Assembly: GCA_042408215.1 (NCBI GenBank)
Contig: JAYFMW010000003.1
Location: 384,001 to 448,000 of the forward strand
Source of the DNA: Microcoleus sp.
GTDB lineage: Bacteria; Cyanobacteriota; Cyanobacteriia; Cyanobacteriales; Microcoleaceae
Direction: 5' to 3'
DNA: 64,000 nt
Part shown: positions 30,646 through 41,105 of the stretch, piece by piece
Layout: the number at the start of each line of letters is the position of its first letter
Numbering within the stretch: the first letter of the stretch is position 1
The notes under the pieces: model-generated
Told to the model about the DNA's origin: nothing
Databases searched by the model: none
What the model saw: the letters and a program-made list of their open reading frames with translations, nothing else
Position numbers and translations under genes: made by a program

Positions 30646-31629
30646 CTAGCGAGGCCCAGCTTCAATAGCAGAATTGGCTATGTTAACGAGCATTTTCTCT
30701 TCCCCATTCTTCATCGTTACTCGATACAAAACGCCTTGATACTGCCATTCAACTAAGGCCGTGCAGTAAGCACCACAACCATTGTAAAAAACTCCTTGTG
30801 TTCGGCCTGCTAATTGAATAGTTTTGAATTCACTCCTAAATCCTCTAGGCGGTGATTGGGCTGGTTCTCCACCTCTTTCTGCTGAGATACTCCCGATATA
30901 GCAAGGCGTACTGTTGCAATTAGGTATGTGGCCCATTTCAACACTATAGCCATTTGTTTCTACTTGGCTTTTAAAGTAAATTTTTTGTGAGAATGGAAGC
31001 TGACTGGGTAAAAAAATTGGTACTCTCGTCTTACCTTGAATTTCCGAGAGAATTTCCCGCACCGGAAAAACACTACTCGATCGCGAATTACCACCTTCAG
31101 AATTAGCAGACTGAGGGCGAAACCCTTGCACAAAATTCGTCCACCGCTGAATTTTATTACCAGTAATATCTAAAATGGGAATAGAACGAGTCCTTGATAT
31201 TGGGCGCCCAGCCTCCTCCTGAGAATATTCGATCGCAGTACGCTCTGGTTTCCCTAAACCATAAGTATTAGCAATCTCGCTAGCCAACTGACAGTTGATT
31301 TTGAATTTACCCATGTCAATTTTACCATTTCCAGCGAAGTAATACCAAGTCCTACCGCCAGCGTTGGGTATCTCCTGACAATCAGAATATGTCACCTCAA
31401 ACATCTTGGCAATATGCACGTCATAGAGGCGCAATTGACCCCCATAAGCAGATTTTGTGGTATTCGTTTCTGACACCGTAAGGGTATAGGTTCCTTCCGC
31501 GTGTTGCAGTCTCATGGGAACTTGTGTTTGAGCGATCGCCCCTGGTATCCCCTGTATTGGTGTGACTGCTTCCCAACTCAAAGTAACAGCACTCAAAGTT
31601 ACAAGAAATAGCCTTTTTTTAATAGTCAT
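30646..31629 (-). CDS. Hypothetical secreted two-domain protein
   Basis: Long ORF with signal-peptide-like N-terminus; C-terminal domain VPIFLPSQLP..CGAYC..WQYQGVLY. Confidence 0.75.
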   Translation of the reverse strand: MTIKKRLFLVTLSAVTLSWEAVTPIQGIPGAIAQTQVPMRLQHAEGTYTLTVSETNTTKSAYGGQLRLYDVHIAKMFEVTYSDCQEIPNAGGRTWYYFAGNGKIDMGKFKINCQLASEIANTYGLGKPERTAIEYSQEEAGRPISRTRSIPILDITGNKIQRWTNFVQGFRPQSANSEGGNSRSSSVFPVREILSEIQGKTRVPIFLPSQLPFSQKIYFKSQVETNGYSVEMGHIPNCNSTPCYIGSISAERGGEPAQSPPRGFRSEFKTIQLAGRTQGVFYNGCGAYCTALVEWQYQGVLYRVTMKNGEEKMLVNIANSAIEAGPR

Positions 31630-31754
31630 CTGCCCCTCAAAACCCAAAGTGCATTCTCCATTAGCTTGTAAAAATTGATCTCAAAATTAATATTAATACT
31701 GTTTTAAGAGTACCGCAACCGTAATTTAACGGTGCTGCCTCTAACAAATCTATG

Positions 31755-31850
31755 GCTTACGCAAAAAACCCGGTTTCTAGGAAAAATCGTGGATAGATTC
31801 GATAAATATTGACGCAGAAACCGGGTTTTTGACCCCATGCGTAAGTCCTG
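31755..31850. repeat. Palindromic dispersed element
   Basis: GCTTACGCAAAAAACCCGGTTTC..GAAACCGGGTTTTT..TGCGTAAGTCCT. Confidence 0.8.
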
Positions 31851-32163
31851 ACTCTCCCCTCAGTCCTCTGCGTCAAAAGCAATTATAGGGTGCGTCAGTG
31901 AAAATAAATCTCGAATTTGAGAACAGGACTTCCCCTGACGCACCTTACTCACTACTAACTGAGTCTAAGCTCTAAATTCGATGTGAAGAATTTATTACAG
32001 TCCTGGACGCACAAACTCTATCTGTAGGGCGATGCACACCGCACAGAGCCTCTACCAATAGCGGATAGAACCATTTTTTGCGTAAGTTCTGTAGGAATGT
32101 CAGGCACAATTTTGATATTATAGCACAATAGAAATGTCAAACTATTAGCAAAACTACCTAAAA

Positions 32164-33456
32164 ATGCCTTATTTGACAGTAGCCAACGAAATCAAAGCAC
32201 TCATCGCTAAATTTTCCCAAGCTAGAATCCTGTGGATTGATACAGAAATAGCTGACTATAAATTTAACCCCAAATTGTCTCTAATTCAGGTGTTAGCTGA
32301 CTCCAGAGACTTGACTGGCGATGCCACTTTTCTGCTCGATGTCTTGGATAAACCTGAATTGGCGACAGCTTTTATCAACCAAATCATGGTCAATCCAAAC
32401 ATTGAAAAAGTGATGCACAATGCCAGCTATGATATCAGATTTTTGGGGAATGATGATGCCAAAAATATCACTTGCACCTTGCAAATGGCGAGAAAAATTC
32501 CGGCTTATATTCTACCATTACCCAACCGACAACTGAAAACTTTAATAGAAACACTTTGTAACATTGCTTATGTAGATAAAACAGAACAAGGTGGCGATTG
32601 GGCCAAGCGTCCCCTGACTGAAAAGCAGCTAGAATATGCCAAGATGGACGCGGTTTATTTAGCTAGAGTGCATGGCCACCTGCTAGAAATTATTGACAAA
32701 TGTTACCCCGATCCCGCCACAGAAAACTTGACAGCATTGGGGAAACAATATCAGAAAATAGAAGCTCAGTGGAAACCGCTAGATTCAGAAATTGCTGAGG
32801 TTAAAGAACGCTTTAAAGCCGCGATGCTGGCGAAAAAGCTCAAAGACAGTTCTTATTTTGAGCTATCCAGTTCGATCGCGATGAAAGTAGATTTTCTCAC
32901 CCTCGCAAATCTGACGCAAACTGAGGGAATTGAGTTAAATTTTCCGGTAACGCTGACTAAAGAAATTCAAAGACAGTTAGGACAACTTATCAGTCATCCA
33001 TCTTTGCAAGTGGAGGATATTGCGAGTTGGCGGTTGACTTCCAACATACAACAGTGGCGAAAATCAACTAAAAAAATTGTGCCGGAACCGGCGAGTGAGG
33101 ATTTAGTAGCATTGGGGGAAAGGTACAAAGAAATTTTGCCTGAGTGGAAGTTGTTGGATTCAGAAATTGAGCATCTGAAAGAGCGAGTTAAAAAAGCAAT
33201 GTTGGTGCAAAATCAGGGGAATAATCCCTATTTTAAGCTCTCCAGTTCTTCTATTTTGAAAGTAGATTTTGCGAACTTGGCAAGACTTGTGCAATCTGTG
33301 GGAATTGAGTTGGATTTTATGGTGACGCTGACTCAATATATCCAAAAACGGTTAGGGGAAGCGATTAATCAAATTGATGTGCAAGTTGAGTATATTACCA
33401 GTTGGCGGATGAGGGCTAAGGCTGTGGAAGATGAAGATGAGGAAATCCCGTTTTAA
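32164..33456 (+). CDS. RNase D-like DEDDy 3'-5' exonuclease with duplicated C-terminal module
   Basis: WIDTE, LSLIQV, HNASYD, DWAKRPLT..YAKMDA; two ~105-aa repeats; ends EDEDEEIPF. Confidence 0.88.
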   Translation: MPYLTVANEIKALIAKFSQARILWIDTEIADYKFNPKLSLIQVLADSRDLTGDATFLLDVLDKPELATAFINQIMVNPNIEKVMHNASYDIRFLGNDDAKNITCTLQMARKIPAYILPLPNRQLKTLIETLCNIAYVDKTEQGGDWAKRPLTEKQLEYAKMDAVYLARVHGHLLEIIDKCYPDPATENLTALGKQYQKIEAQWKPLDSEIAEVKERFKAAMLAKKLKDSSYFELSSSIAMKVDFLTLANLTQTEGIELNFPVTLTKEIQRQLGQLISHPSLQVEDIASWRLTSNIQQWRKSTKKIVPEPASEDLVALGERYKEILPEWKLLDSEIEHLKERVKKAMLVQNQGNNPYFKLSSSSILKVDFANLARLVQSVGIELDFMVTLTQYIQKRLGEAINQIDVQVEYITSWRMRAKAVEDEDEEIPF

Positions 33457-33713
33457 GTAATAAAATCAGGACTTACGCATGGGGGCCCAGAAACCGGGTT
33501 TTTTTACGAAAATACTTGATTGTAGCCCGCAGATTCGGTGAAAAACCCGGTTTCTTTGTCGGAGTGTGTCCAGGACTAAAAATATCACCTTTCCGCTCAT
33601 TCCTCCTATGCTCATTTATTCCGAGGATAGGATGTAAAGTTTTGCAACGCTTCAGCCTTGCTTGCATTATGCGATCGCTACAAACACGGCGATCGCCTCT
33701 CCAGATGACGAAA

Positions 33714-34217
33714 TTAACTTGATTTCTGTTCTAAATCCATAGAAATTCCGCAAACTGCGGTTTCGATGTTCTCCGCTGAAGGTGGAAGTATCTGAAATCC
33801 ATGCTTCTTGTACCATTTGACAAGGTTAGGATTATTGTTGATGTCTTCTTGAGTTAGAGAACCGTATATTCGCTTGAATCCCCGCTGACGAGCTTTCGCT
33901 ATCGCAAACTGTAACAGGTGAGTTCCCAACCCTCTTTGACGATAATCGATTGGTTTGGGCTTGACTAGGCGCCCCCAAAGACGTGCCCATAAGTGCGGTG
34001 GAGTGTGAATTATATCATTGCGAATAATGATATCGCCTATCATCAATTTACCGGGCGGATTTAAAACGCATTGAAGTCTACCAACTTCGCTGTTGCGGTA
34101 CAGGAGTTTGATAATAAAATATTTGTCTTCGTCCCCAGCTACTTTCATGCGGTACTCTCGTCCCTCGCGATCGAGAATAATAATAGGCTCGGTGCTTTCC
34201 GATAAACTTTCCAACAT
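33714..34217 (-). CDS. GNAT-family acetyltransferase
   Basis: YRQRGLGTHLL acetyl-CoA motif, WYKKHGF. Confidence 0.88.
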   Translation of the reverse strand: MLESLSESTEPIIILDREGREYRMKVAGDEDKYFIIKLLYRNSEVGRLQCVLNPPGKLMIGDIIIRNDIIHTPPHLWARLWGRLVKPKPIDYRQRGLGTHLLQFAIAKARQRGFKRIYGSLTQEDINNNPNLVKWYKKHGFQILPPSAENIETAVCGISMDLEQKSS

Positions 34218-34374
34218 AATTTATTTTTAGTTCAATTAATAACAAACATTATAACAAACATTGAGAGAATTATGGCCCTCTAAATAGTTTACTCTCTCTG
34301 TTAGCATCGGCTGCGCCTTTGCAGTTCATTTCCAGCCATATTTGAGCAAGGTGGGCAAATGCCCACCCTAATTC

Positions 34375-36912
34375 CTACTTCCCTACCGTGAAATACTCAT
34401 TCTTAGCATACACACTAATAATGCAGTCTCCCACTTCAAAAAACATCCCCTCTTGCTCATCTTTAGAGAATTGCAAATTCCCATACTTCGCACCAATCTC
34501 ATCAGCAGTCGCAGCTTTAGCCTCCATTTCATCGGGGATAATTCCAGTAGAACCGATGTAGAAAACCAGCGGCGAAATTTGCTCGCCATACACCTTTTTA
34601 GCATAAGCTTCCAGTCGTTCATTCCCACTAGCTAAAGCGGCTACAAACTCCTCTCGCTTGACATCTTCTTCTTGCCATTTTGCTTGCAAAAGCCGCAGCA
34701 GACTATCTGCACCAACTTTTGATAAAATAGCGGCGATCGTCCCGTTATTCTCCAACCCCAAAAACTCATCAAAAATCAGCTTCATCAAGTCGTCAACTTT
34801 GGTAATTTTTGTGCGGGATGACAGTGTTTTGTGTGCGAAAACAACAGGCGCATCTAAGATGATGTCGAAGGTGGGTTTTTCTAATTTTTCGCCTGTATCT
34901 TTGTGGTAAACTTCGTAGAGCCGATCGAGAAATTTATTAGCTGAGTGGAATTTGCCGAAATTGAGGATGTTTTTGCTACCAATGTCGATTTTGTAGCTGA
35001 CTCGCGAATCTACTGAACCGTTGGCGATCGCACTTTTTAAATCTGTGTATTCCGTCGTCGTCGGAAAGTTGAGATAAAGGCTTTTCGACAGATAATGCTG
35101 TTTCAACTCATCCAATTGTTCAGCAGTATAAACCTCTGATTCTTCTTTCAAATGAGCTGATAGAATGCTGGCCAGAATTTTAATTTCTGCGAGTTCCTCA
35201 AACACTCCGTCAAGGCTACCGTAACGCCCGTCAAAAGGCACTAGCGGCAGATTATCTAACTTAATGTCGTACTGCGAACGAAAGTCGAATTCCTCAGCAG
35301 GCGAACCGTCTTTTTCAATTACACCGCATCTCTTGAGCAAATCAAACACTGCTTTGCTGCTGATTTTAACTCGCATCGACTTAATATTAATTTCGCCGTC
35401 GCTGACAATGGTATAATTGTTGAAAGTAGTGATTTCGTTAACCAAAATTCCGGCAACTTCCTCAATATGAGTGCCATCCTCAACTTTTACCAGCTTCACT
35501 TTCCTGGTAATCAGCATATTGATGGTAGCCGTATTTTGATTGATGGCAAATGAACCCATCTGCACGTACTCCCCACGGTCTAAAAATTCTGTTTTCAGCC
35601 CAGGTTTGATCGGGTTGCCGTTTTCGTCTCGCTTCCCTTCAATGCGTTTTAAACCTGTGCGCTGATAGTTTTCCTGCAAGTGTTTGAAATTGATAATAAT
35701 GCTGTTGTTGTGTTCCTCGAAGATCTTGATTAACTCTAGCAAGGAAATTTTGTCGCTGACTTTGACCCGATCGCCTATTTGATGATTTTTCAACACATCG
35801 GGCTCAAAAATAGCCTGTTCTAAATCTTCCGTCAAGTCAGCTATTTGGGCATTTGTGAGAGCTTTGGCGTGTTTTTCGGTCAAAGTAGCGTCGAAGGTAC
35901 TCGCTAGTGCATACTTGGCGATATTCAAATTGCCCTCAGCCAGGTTAGCCTTAGCAAAAGCAAACACTGAATCATCTGTTTGAGCAACGGGAACGTCTAG
36001 TTTTACATACTCTTCTTGGGTGACTTTTTGATATTTGTAAAACAGTCCTTCATCATCGGCTTTAAGTCCGCAGATTTTCAGCGTACTTGATGAACCGTTG
36101 ATTTTTTTAGCACTTTTGGCAACAAAAACCTGGTAATCATACTCCTTGATTAATGGTTCTTCCAGCGCAGGTGCAACGGAACCACCTAACAGTTTTGCTG
36201 TATCGTAAAGAGCATTATAAACCATTTTGACTTCGCCAGCTCGGATGCACTTACCCGATAATGTGTTGGCGATTTTGGAGAGCAATTTAAAGTCAGCACT
36301 GGCATAGGATATTGTGTTGGCAAACACATCCATGTCTTTGAGTTCGGCGCAAATTGCCTCTAGTGCTGCGGCTTCTGAATTGGGACTGGGGTCATTTGCA
36401 TAGCCGTCGCTGTGTAAATTGATCGCTGTCATTTCTCCGGCTTTAATCAGAGATTTGGCGAGTTTCATTGACTGCGATATGCAGGTACTGCCGGCGGTAT
36501 GTATTTTTTGAATTTCTTTGATGTAGGAAGAGTTAAATTTCATCACTTCTTGAATGGGGATTCGCTGGAAGTGACAAATTACGTCCCGATTTGAGGCGTA
36601 GGAAATCAGGCTGACAATTAGTTGGTAATTGTTGTATTCGTCTAATGTCAAAAGCTTGATTAGGGTTTGTTTCAGCGGCTCTAGGTCATAATACATGGAG
36701 CCGGAACGATCGATGATGATGATGCTGTGAGCAACGGATTTTTCTGGGAGATCACCGGGCTTTCTTTCTAGATTTGTGCGATCGACTAGATAGAATGCTT
36801 TTTCGTTTCCGGCAAAATTGTAGAGGGTAAATTTGGTGCGAGTATGGTCGGCTGCTTGGCTGCTGGAACTTTGAGGCTTTACCTGGGAGGGTTGTTTTGT
36901 TTGGCGTGCCAT
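34375..36912 (-). CDS. Large vWA (MIDAS) domain protein
   Basis: IIIDRSGSM, GSTC, LHSDG; about 600 aa unassigned C-terminal region. Confidence 0.85.
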   Translation of the reverse strand: MARQTKQPSQVKPQSSSSQAADHTRTKFTLYNFAGNEKAFYLVDRTNLERKPGDLPEKSVAHSIIIIDRSGSMYYDLEPLKQTLIKLLTLDEYNNYQLIVSLISYASNRDVICHFQRIPIQEVMKFNSSYIKEIQKIHTAGSTCISQSMKLAKSLIKAGEMTAINLHSDGYANDPSPNSEAAALEAICAELKDMDVFANTISYASADFKLLSKIANTLSGKCIRAGEVKMVYNALYDTAKLLGGSVAPALEEPLIKEYDYQVFVAKSAKKINGSSSTLKICGLKADDEGLFYKYQKVTQEEYVKLDVPVAQTDDSVFAFAKANLAEGNLNIAKYALASTFDATLTEKHAKALTNAQIADLTEDLEQAIFEPDVLKNHQIGDRVKVSDKISLLELIKIFEEHNNSIIINFKHLQENYQRTGLKRIEGKRDENGNPIKPGLKTEFLDRGEYVQMGSFAINQNTATINMLITRKVKLVKVEDGTHIEEVAGILVNEITTFNNYTIVSDGEINIKSMRVKISSKAVFDLLKRCGVIEKDGSPAEEFDFRSQYDIKLDNLPLVPFDGRYGSLDGVFEELAEIKILASILSAHLKEESEVYTAEQLDELKQHYLSKSLYLNFPTTTEYTDLKSAIANGSVDSRVSYKIDIGSKNILNFGKFHSANKFLDRLYEVYHKDTGEKLEKPTFDIILDAPVVFAHKTLSSRTKITKVDDLMKLIFDEFLGLENNGTIAAILSKVGADSLLRLLQAKWQEEDVKREEFVAALASGNERLEAYAKKVYGEQISPLVFYIGSTGIIPDEMEAKAATADEIGAKYGNLQFSKDEQEGMFFEVGDCIISVYAKNEYFTVGK

Positions 36913-37142
36913 GTTTCTAGCCTGTGTTGATGTATTAATCAACACTGTGGCACAGGGTTTTGTGGATGTCAAGGCCGATCGGGAAAATCAGGAAAGCACA
37001 ACCAGTGATTTTGACACTGATACAGGGATGAATTATCGACTGTGAGTCAGATGTTGAAGTCAGAATGCTTTTCGGCCCAATTCCCAATGCCCCATGCCCA
37101 ATTCCCCATGCCCAATTCCCAATGCCCAATTCCCAAGGCCCG

Positions 37143-37370
37143 CTAAATTCTAACTTTCCTTTTTCCTTGGACACTTAACTGTTTGGAAATCCATGTATAG
37201 TAATGCAAAGCAAATACCAGGTTAATGGTAAAAAATACCAAAGTTAAAACAAAGGTCAAAAACGACGTAAACGACAGCCCAGAAATCATCGTAAATATCG
37301 CTAAAATGATTGAGCACAGCCCAAAACCTGAAGCAAAAGAACTTAGAAGCAACAACCGTACCTTAGACAT
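37143..37370 (-). CDS. Small membrane protein
   Basis: 75 aa, two hydrophobic helices. Confidence 0.55.
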   Translation of the reverse strand: MSKVRLLLLSSFASGFGLCSIILAIFTMISGLSFTSFLTFVLTLVFFTINLVFALHYYTWISKQLSVQGKRKVRI

Positions 37371-37458
37371 AGTTCACTCTTAAAATTAACATCTAAAATT
37401 CTCAATAAAATTAACTATTTGCAGATCCATCTGAGTGCCAAATGATACTTATTAATAT

Positions 37459-38906
37459 TTGACACTCCCCGGTCTAAAGACGCGGGGATTCTTAAGGACA
37501 AACTTTGGGGGATAAATCCGCCCAAAGTTTAATTCTTAAAGGGTTAGTCAGCAACCCGCTACCCACACAGCGAGATTATTAAGTCTGTGGCAAATGATTG
37601 ATTTTCGGATGATATTTGCCGCACCGTTCACATCAGCATTCAGGGTTAATCCCTGAGCCGAACGATACAAACCTCGTTTAATTCTTTTACCTGATGGTTG
37701 CCAATTGTCGGGTTTTTCACCGACTTTCACTGGCAGAAAGTCTCGCTCTAAGAAACTGGATTTTGATGTGTAAGATTCATCTTGCTCTACAAATCTCCAA
37801 CCCCTTAAGTCGCACTCTTGTTGTAGTCTATCTTTGACTTTGGCTGTGGGTATCTGAACAAAGTTCTGATTGGTTTTACCTCCCATATTCACTTCTTTTT
37901 TTTGTCCTTTATTCCAGCCAAAAACTATCACATTGACTTGGTGATTTTCGCAATAGTCTATCATGGTTCTGACTGCCTTGTTAACCGCATCTCTCATCCT
38001 TCTAGCGCGATTTTCTGACAACTGTTGCAGCCTTTTTGACGAGAAACCTTTAGGTAACTTATGTTGAGCGTGAGTCGATTGGAATCGCGCTTTTTCTTTG
38101 TTAAACCACTGGTTCCAAGACTTCAGCTTTTGACCATCAATGATGAATGGCTTGCCATTACTCGAAACACAGGTTAACCAGTTGTTGATACCGTGATCTA
38201 TTCCCAAAACCCCTGTTACTTCCAGACTACAACTAGGGGCTTGCTCAGTTAGACTTTCGTGGACAAATTCAACCCAAACCTCGCCATTTCTAGGGATTAG
38301 TCGAAGTTCTTTAATTGGGCAATCTTTCAGCCGTTCCGGTAAAGTCACCCAAAGGGCATCCGTCCCAAAGTGTTCTTTTCCTTTGGTTCCTAAAGGTAGT
38401 CTTACCCGATTGCCGACTATTTTTAAGGCTTGTCCCGGATAGGAGACTTGGTACATCGCTCCCTTGGTTCTGTACTTGGGCAATCTCGGTTTTTGATTAA
38501 GTTCTCCTTTTTTGGCTAACTTCTCTAAGGCTCGGAAAGAGCTAAAGGATTCAGCGACAGATTTAAGGGATTGTTGAGCTACCTGCGAGTAGAGCCACCC
38601 GTAATTCTCATTGGTCTTGGCAATTTTGTACAAGTCTGGGTATTTAATCGCGCCTTTGTCCTTGAAGTATCGTTGCCGACTTTCATAAGTGCCGACATTA
38701 AACAGATTGTTTGACCATCTGAGGATTTGCTCAACAATAGTTTTATTGAGTCCCGTTAAATGCCAAACGTCTTTTTGCACTGCATACATCCGTTTTACCT
38801 CCTTTGATTAATTGTACTATATTTAGAAATATCTAAATGGGAGACTAAAGTCTCCCAAGCCCTTTCATCCCTGGACTAAAGTCGCAGGGTTTTCAGGGTA
38901 TTTCTT
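37459..38906 (-). mobile_element. IS200/IS605-family tnpB-only element
   Basis: TTAT then left-end hairpin; right end ..CCGGGGAGTGTCAA; ends shared with 52700-52994. Confidence 0.88.
37548..38789 (-). CDS. tnpB: TnpB (no Zn finger, ESYTSK clade)
   Basis: GIDHG, QDESYTSKSSF, GKRIKRGLY, NADVNGAANI. Confidence 0.92.
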   Translation of the reverse strand: MYAVQKDVWHLTGLNKTIVEQILRWSNNLFNVGTYESRQRYFKDKGAIKYPDLYKIAKTNENYGWLYSQVAQQSLKSVAESFSSFRALEKLAKKGELNQKPRLPKYRTKGAMYQVSYPGQALKIVGNRVRLPLGTKGKEHFGTDALWVTLPERLKDCPIKELRLIPRNGEVWVEFVHESLTEQAPSCSLEVTGVLGIDHGINNWLTCVSSNGKPFIIDGQKLKSWNQWFNKEKARFQSTHAQHKLPKGFSSKRLQQLSENRARRMRDAVNKAVRTMIDYCENHQVNVIVFGWNKGQKKEVNMGGKTNQNFVQIPTAKVKDRLQQECDLRGWRFVEQDESYTSKSSFLERDFLPVKVGEKPDNWQPSGKRIKRGLYRSAQGLTLNADVNGAANIIRKSIICHRLNNLAVWVAGC

Positions 38907-38945
38907 ATAACGGAATTGCCCCACCAACAGCAGAACGGCTGAGTC

Positions 38946-41093
38946 CTAAAAAGGTTTGAACTCAACAGAAAAATACAGCCCGCGTTCTTGCCAACTTCTG
39001 TTGCTAGACTTAATGTCAATTAACGGAATTCCCCAGTCCAAGCGAGCACTCCACTTGTCGGCGTACTGCCACTTTAAGCCCAATCCCGCCGACAGCAAAG
39101 TATTTGCTTCCAAAGCCACGCTTCCCCCGCTATTCCACACATTGCCAAAATCCACAAAGGGCGTCACCTGCAAAAGCCCTTTTTTGTCGCCGGTGCGCCA
39201 AATCGGATACCGCAACTCGGCGGTCGCAAACAGCCCGCTATCCGCCAGCATTGCATCTTGACGATAGCCCCGCACTGTCTCCAAGCCGCCTAAACCAAAT
39301 TGTTCGATCGGCAAAAGCTCTCCCCCCGCAAGCTGCACGTCCGATCGCAGCACCAGCAGCGTCTGTTGAGCCAACAACCGCACGTACTGCAATTGACCCC
39401 GCCACGCCAAAAATTGACTGTCAGGCTCCTTATTGCTCACCGTAGCGCCAAATGCTCCCACTCCCAGACTGAACTGCGATCGCGCAGCCAACACCTGTTT
39501 CTCTGCCCTCTGAGTAAAATCCTGAAACACCCTCAGCGCCGAAACCCGAGTTTTACCCCTAGAATCAGAGCCTGGTGACAGCGGAAAATCCTCTCCCAGC
39601 AGGGATGTATCGCTCGATCGCCGAACAGCACCGATACCGATCGCGATTTCTGTTCTCGGAGTTTGGACTACAGGCTGCCGGTAAGTCAACTCATAAGTCC
39701 GGCCCGAAGCCTCAATATCCAGAGCATCAAAAGGTGGCTCAATAATATTACTCCTAGTTCTGTTGAGGCCAAAACTCACAGTACCGTTGTGCGAATTCAC
39801 CGGTAGCGTGTAAGTAAAATCTACACCATTGCTGCCCTGACTATTTGTATAAGTCAAACTCGCACTATCTCCCAAACCCAGCAAATTAGCCTCGCTGACT
39901 TCAACCCCCCTGCGCCAACTCCCCACACTGGGAGAGCGAGAATTATCAGTAAATAAGCCAGCTTGGAAAGTTTTTGCTTCTTTGACTCTGACTAACAGCA
40001 AATTAAAACCGGGGCGAGAGCCCGCTTGCAGTTCCGCTGAGATCTTTTCAAGCAGCCCGCTCAGTTGCAGCAATTGCAAGGCTGACCACAAGCGCTGTTC
40101 ATTCAGCGGGCCCCCTGTTGCCAGGGCCAAGCGACTTCTCACATAGTGAGGATTCAGCCGCCTAGTCCCGACTACATTTATACTTTCTAGCTGGCCTTCT
40201 AGCACTAATATTCTCACAACGCCACCCGCCAGGGTTTGTGGGGGAATCAGGGCCCCTGAAGTGATGTAACCTTTGCTGATGTAGAGTTGACCCACGGCAG
40301 AACGGGCTTGCAGCAGTTCGGCGAAAGTGAGAGGGCGGCCTACAAAGTCTTTGAGTACAGCGTCTAATTCTGCTTTGCTAAAGACGGTGCTACCAACTAC
40401 TTCAAATCGATCGACCTCGATCGTACCGGGAATGTTGAGCAATTCTTCTGGCTGTGTCGGCGCGGGTGCTGCTGGTTGCAGAAGTTGTTCTGGGGGAGGT
40501 AGGGGCGCTGGTAGCGCGGGTTCTGGGAGGGGCGCGGGAGTTGGCCCAATCCGGCTGGGAATGGGAATTGCTGGTCTGTTTTCTCCTCGGTTTGGCAATT
40601 GAGCCAGAGTTGTTTCGGTTTCAGATATTGCACCATTTTCGATCGGGCTTTCAGGGCCCGCACTCCCGCCCACCCCAGCATCAACTCGATCTGTTGTGGA
40701 ACGGGCATCTTGCGCGTTCCTGAGAATGGTGCAAGATGTGAGGGATCTCTCACTTTCTGTCGCCCGATCGAACTCCGGGATGTCGGGATTTTGATCTTTA
40801 CTGTATGTATCTAGTTTGGGAACATTGTATAAATCACGGGCGGTGCGATCGTCATTTTTGGCAGTTTCTTGATTAAATTTTAATTCCGACTGTAAATTAT
40901 CATTAAAATTTGGCGATCGCCCCTCTGACTCAGTAGCAACCGACGCAGTTCCTCGGATCGACGCTATATGCTGGGTCACGGTTGCAGCAGCTAGCGGTGG
41001 GCGCCAACAGCTACAAATTATCAGGGTGCCAAAGCGTGCTAAAGCGCTCACAAACCTGATTTCACAAAAGCCTCTGGAAGGTTGCGGGGGCAT
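38946..41093 (-). CDS. ShlB/FhaC/HecB-family two-partner secretion outer-membrane protein
   Basis: POTRA (FEVVGSTVF, YISKGYITSGA), GGLETVRGY, terminal aromatic strand ending F. Confidence 0.92.
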   Translation of the reverse strand: MPPQPSRGFCEIRFVSALARFGTLIICSCWRPPLAAATVTQHIASIRGTASVATESEGRSPNFNDNLQSELKFNQETAKNDDRTARDLYNVPKLDTYSKDQNPDIPEFDRATESERSLTSCTILRNAQDARSTTDRVDAGVGGSAGPESPIENGAISETETTLAQLPNRGENRPAIPIPSRIGPTPAPLPEPALPAPLPPPEQLLQPAAPAPTQPEELLNIPGTIEVDRFEVVGSTVFSKAELDAVLKDFVGRPLTFAELLQARSAVGQLYISKGYITSGALIPPQTLAGGVVRILVLEGQLESINVVGTRRLNPHYVRSRLALATGGPLNEQRLWSALQLLQLSGLLEKISAELQAGSRPGFNLLLVRVKEAKTFQAGLFTDNSRSPSVGSWRRGVEVSEANLLGLGDSASLTYTNSQGSNGVDFTYTLPVNSHNGTVSFGLNRTRSNIIEPPFDALDIEASGRTYELTYRQPVVQTPRTEIAIGIGAVRRSSDTSLLGEDFPLSPGSDSRGKTRVSALRVFQDFTQRAEKQVLAARSQFSLGVGAFGATVSNKEPDSQFLAWRGQLQYVRLLAQQTLLVLRSDVQLAGGELLPIEQFGLGGLETVRGYRQDAMLADSGLFATAELRYPIWRTGDKKGLLQVTPFVDFGNVWNSGGSVALEANTLLSAGLGLKWQYADKWSARLDWGIPLIDIKSSNRSWQERGLYFSVEFKPF

Positions 41094-41105
41094 GACAAAT
41101 TAGTA

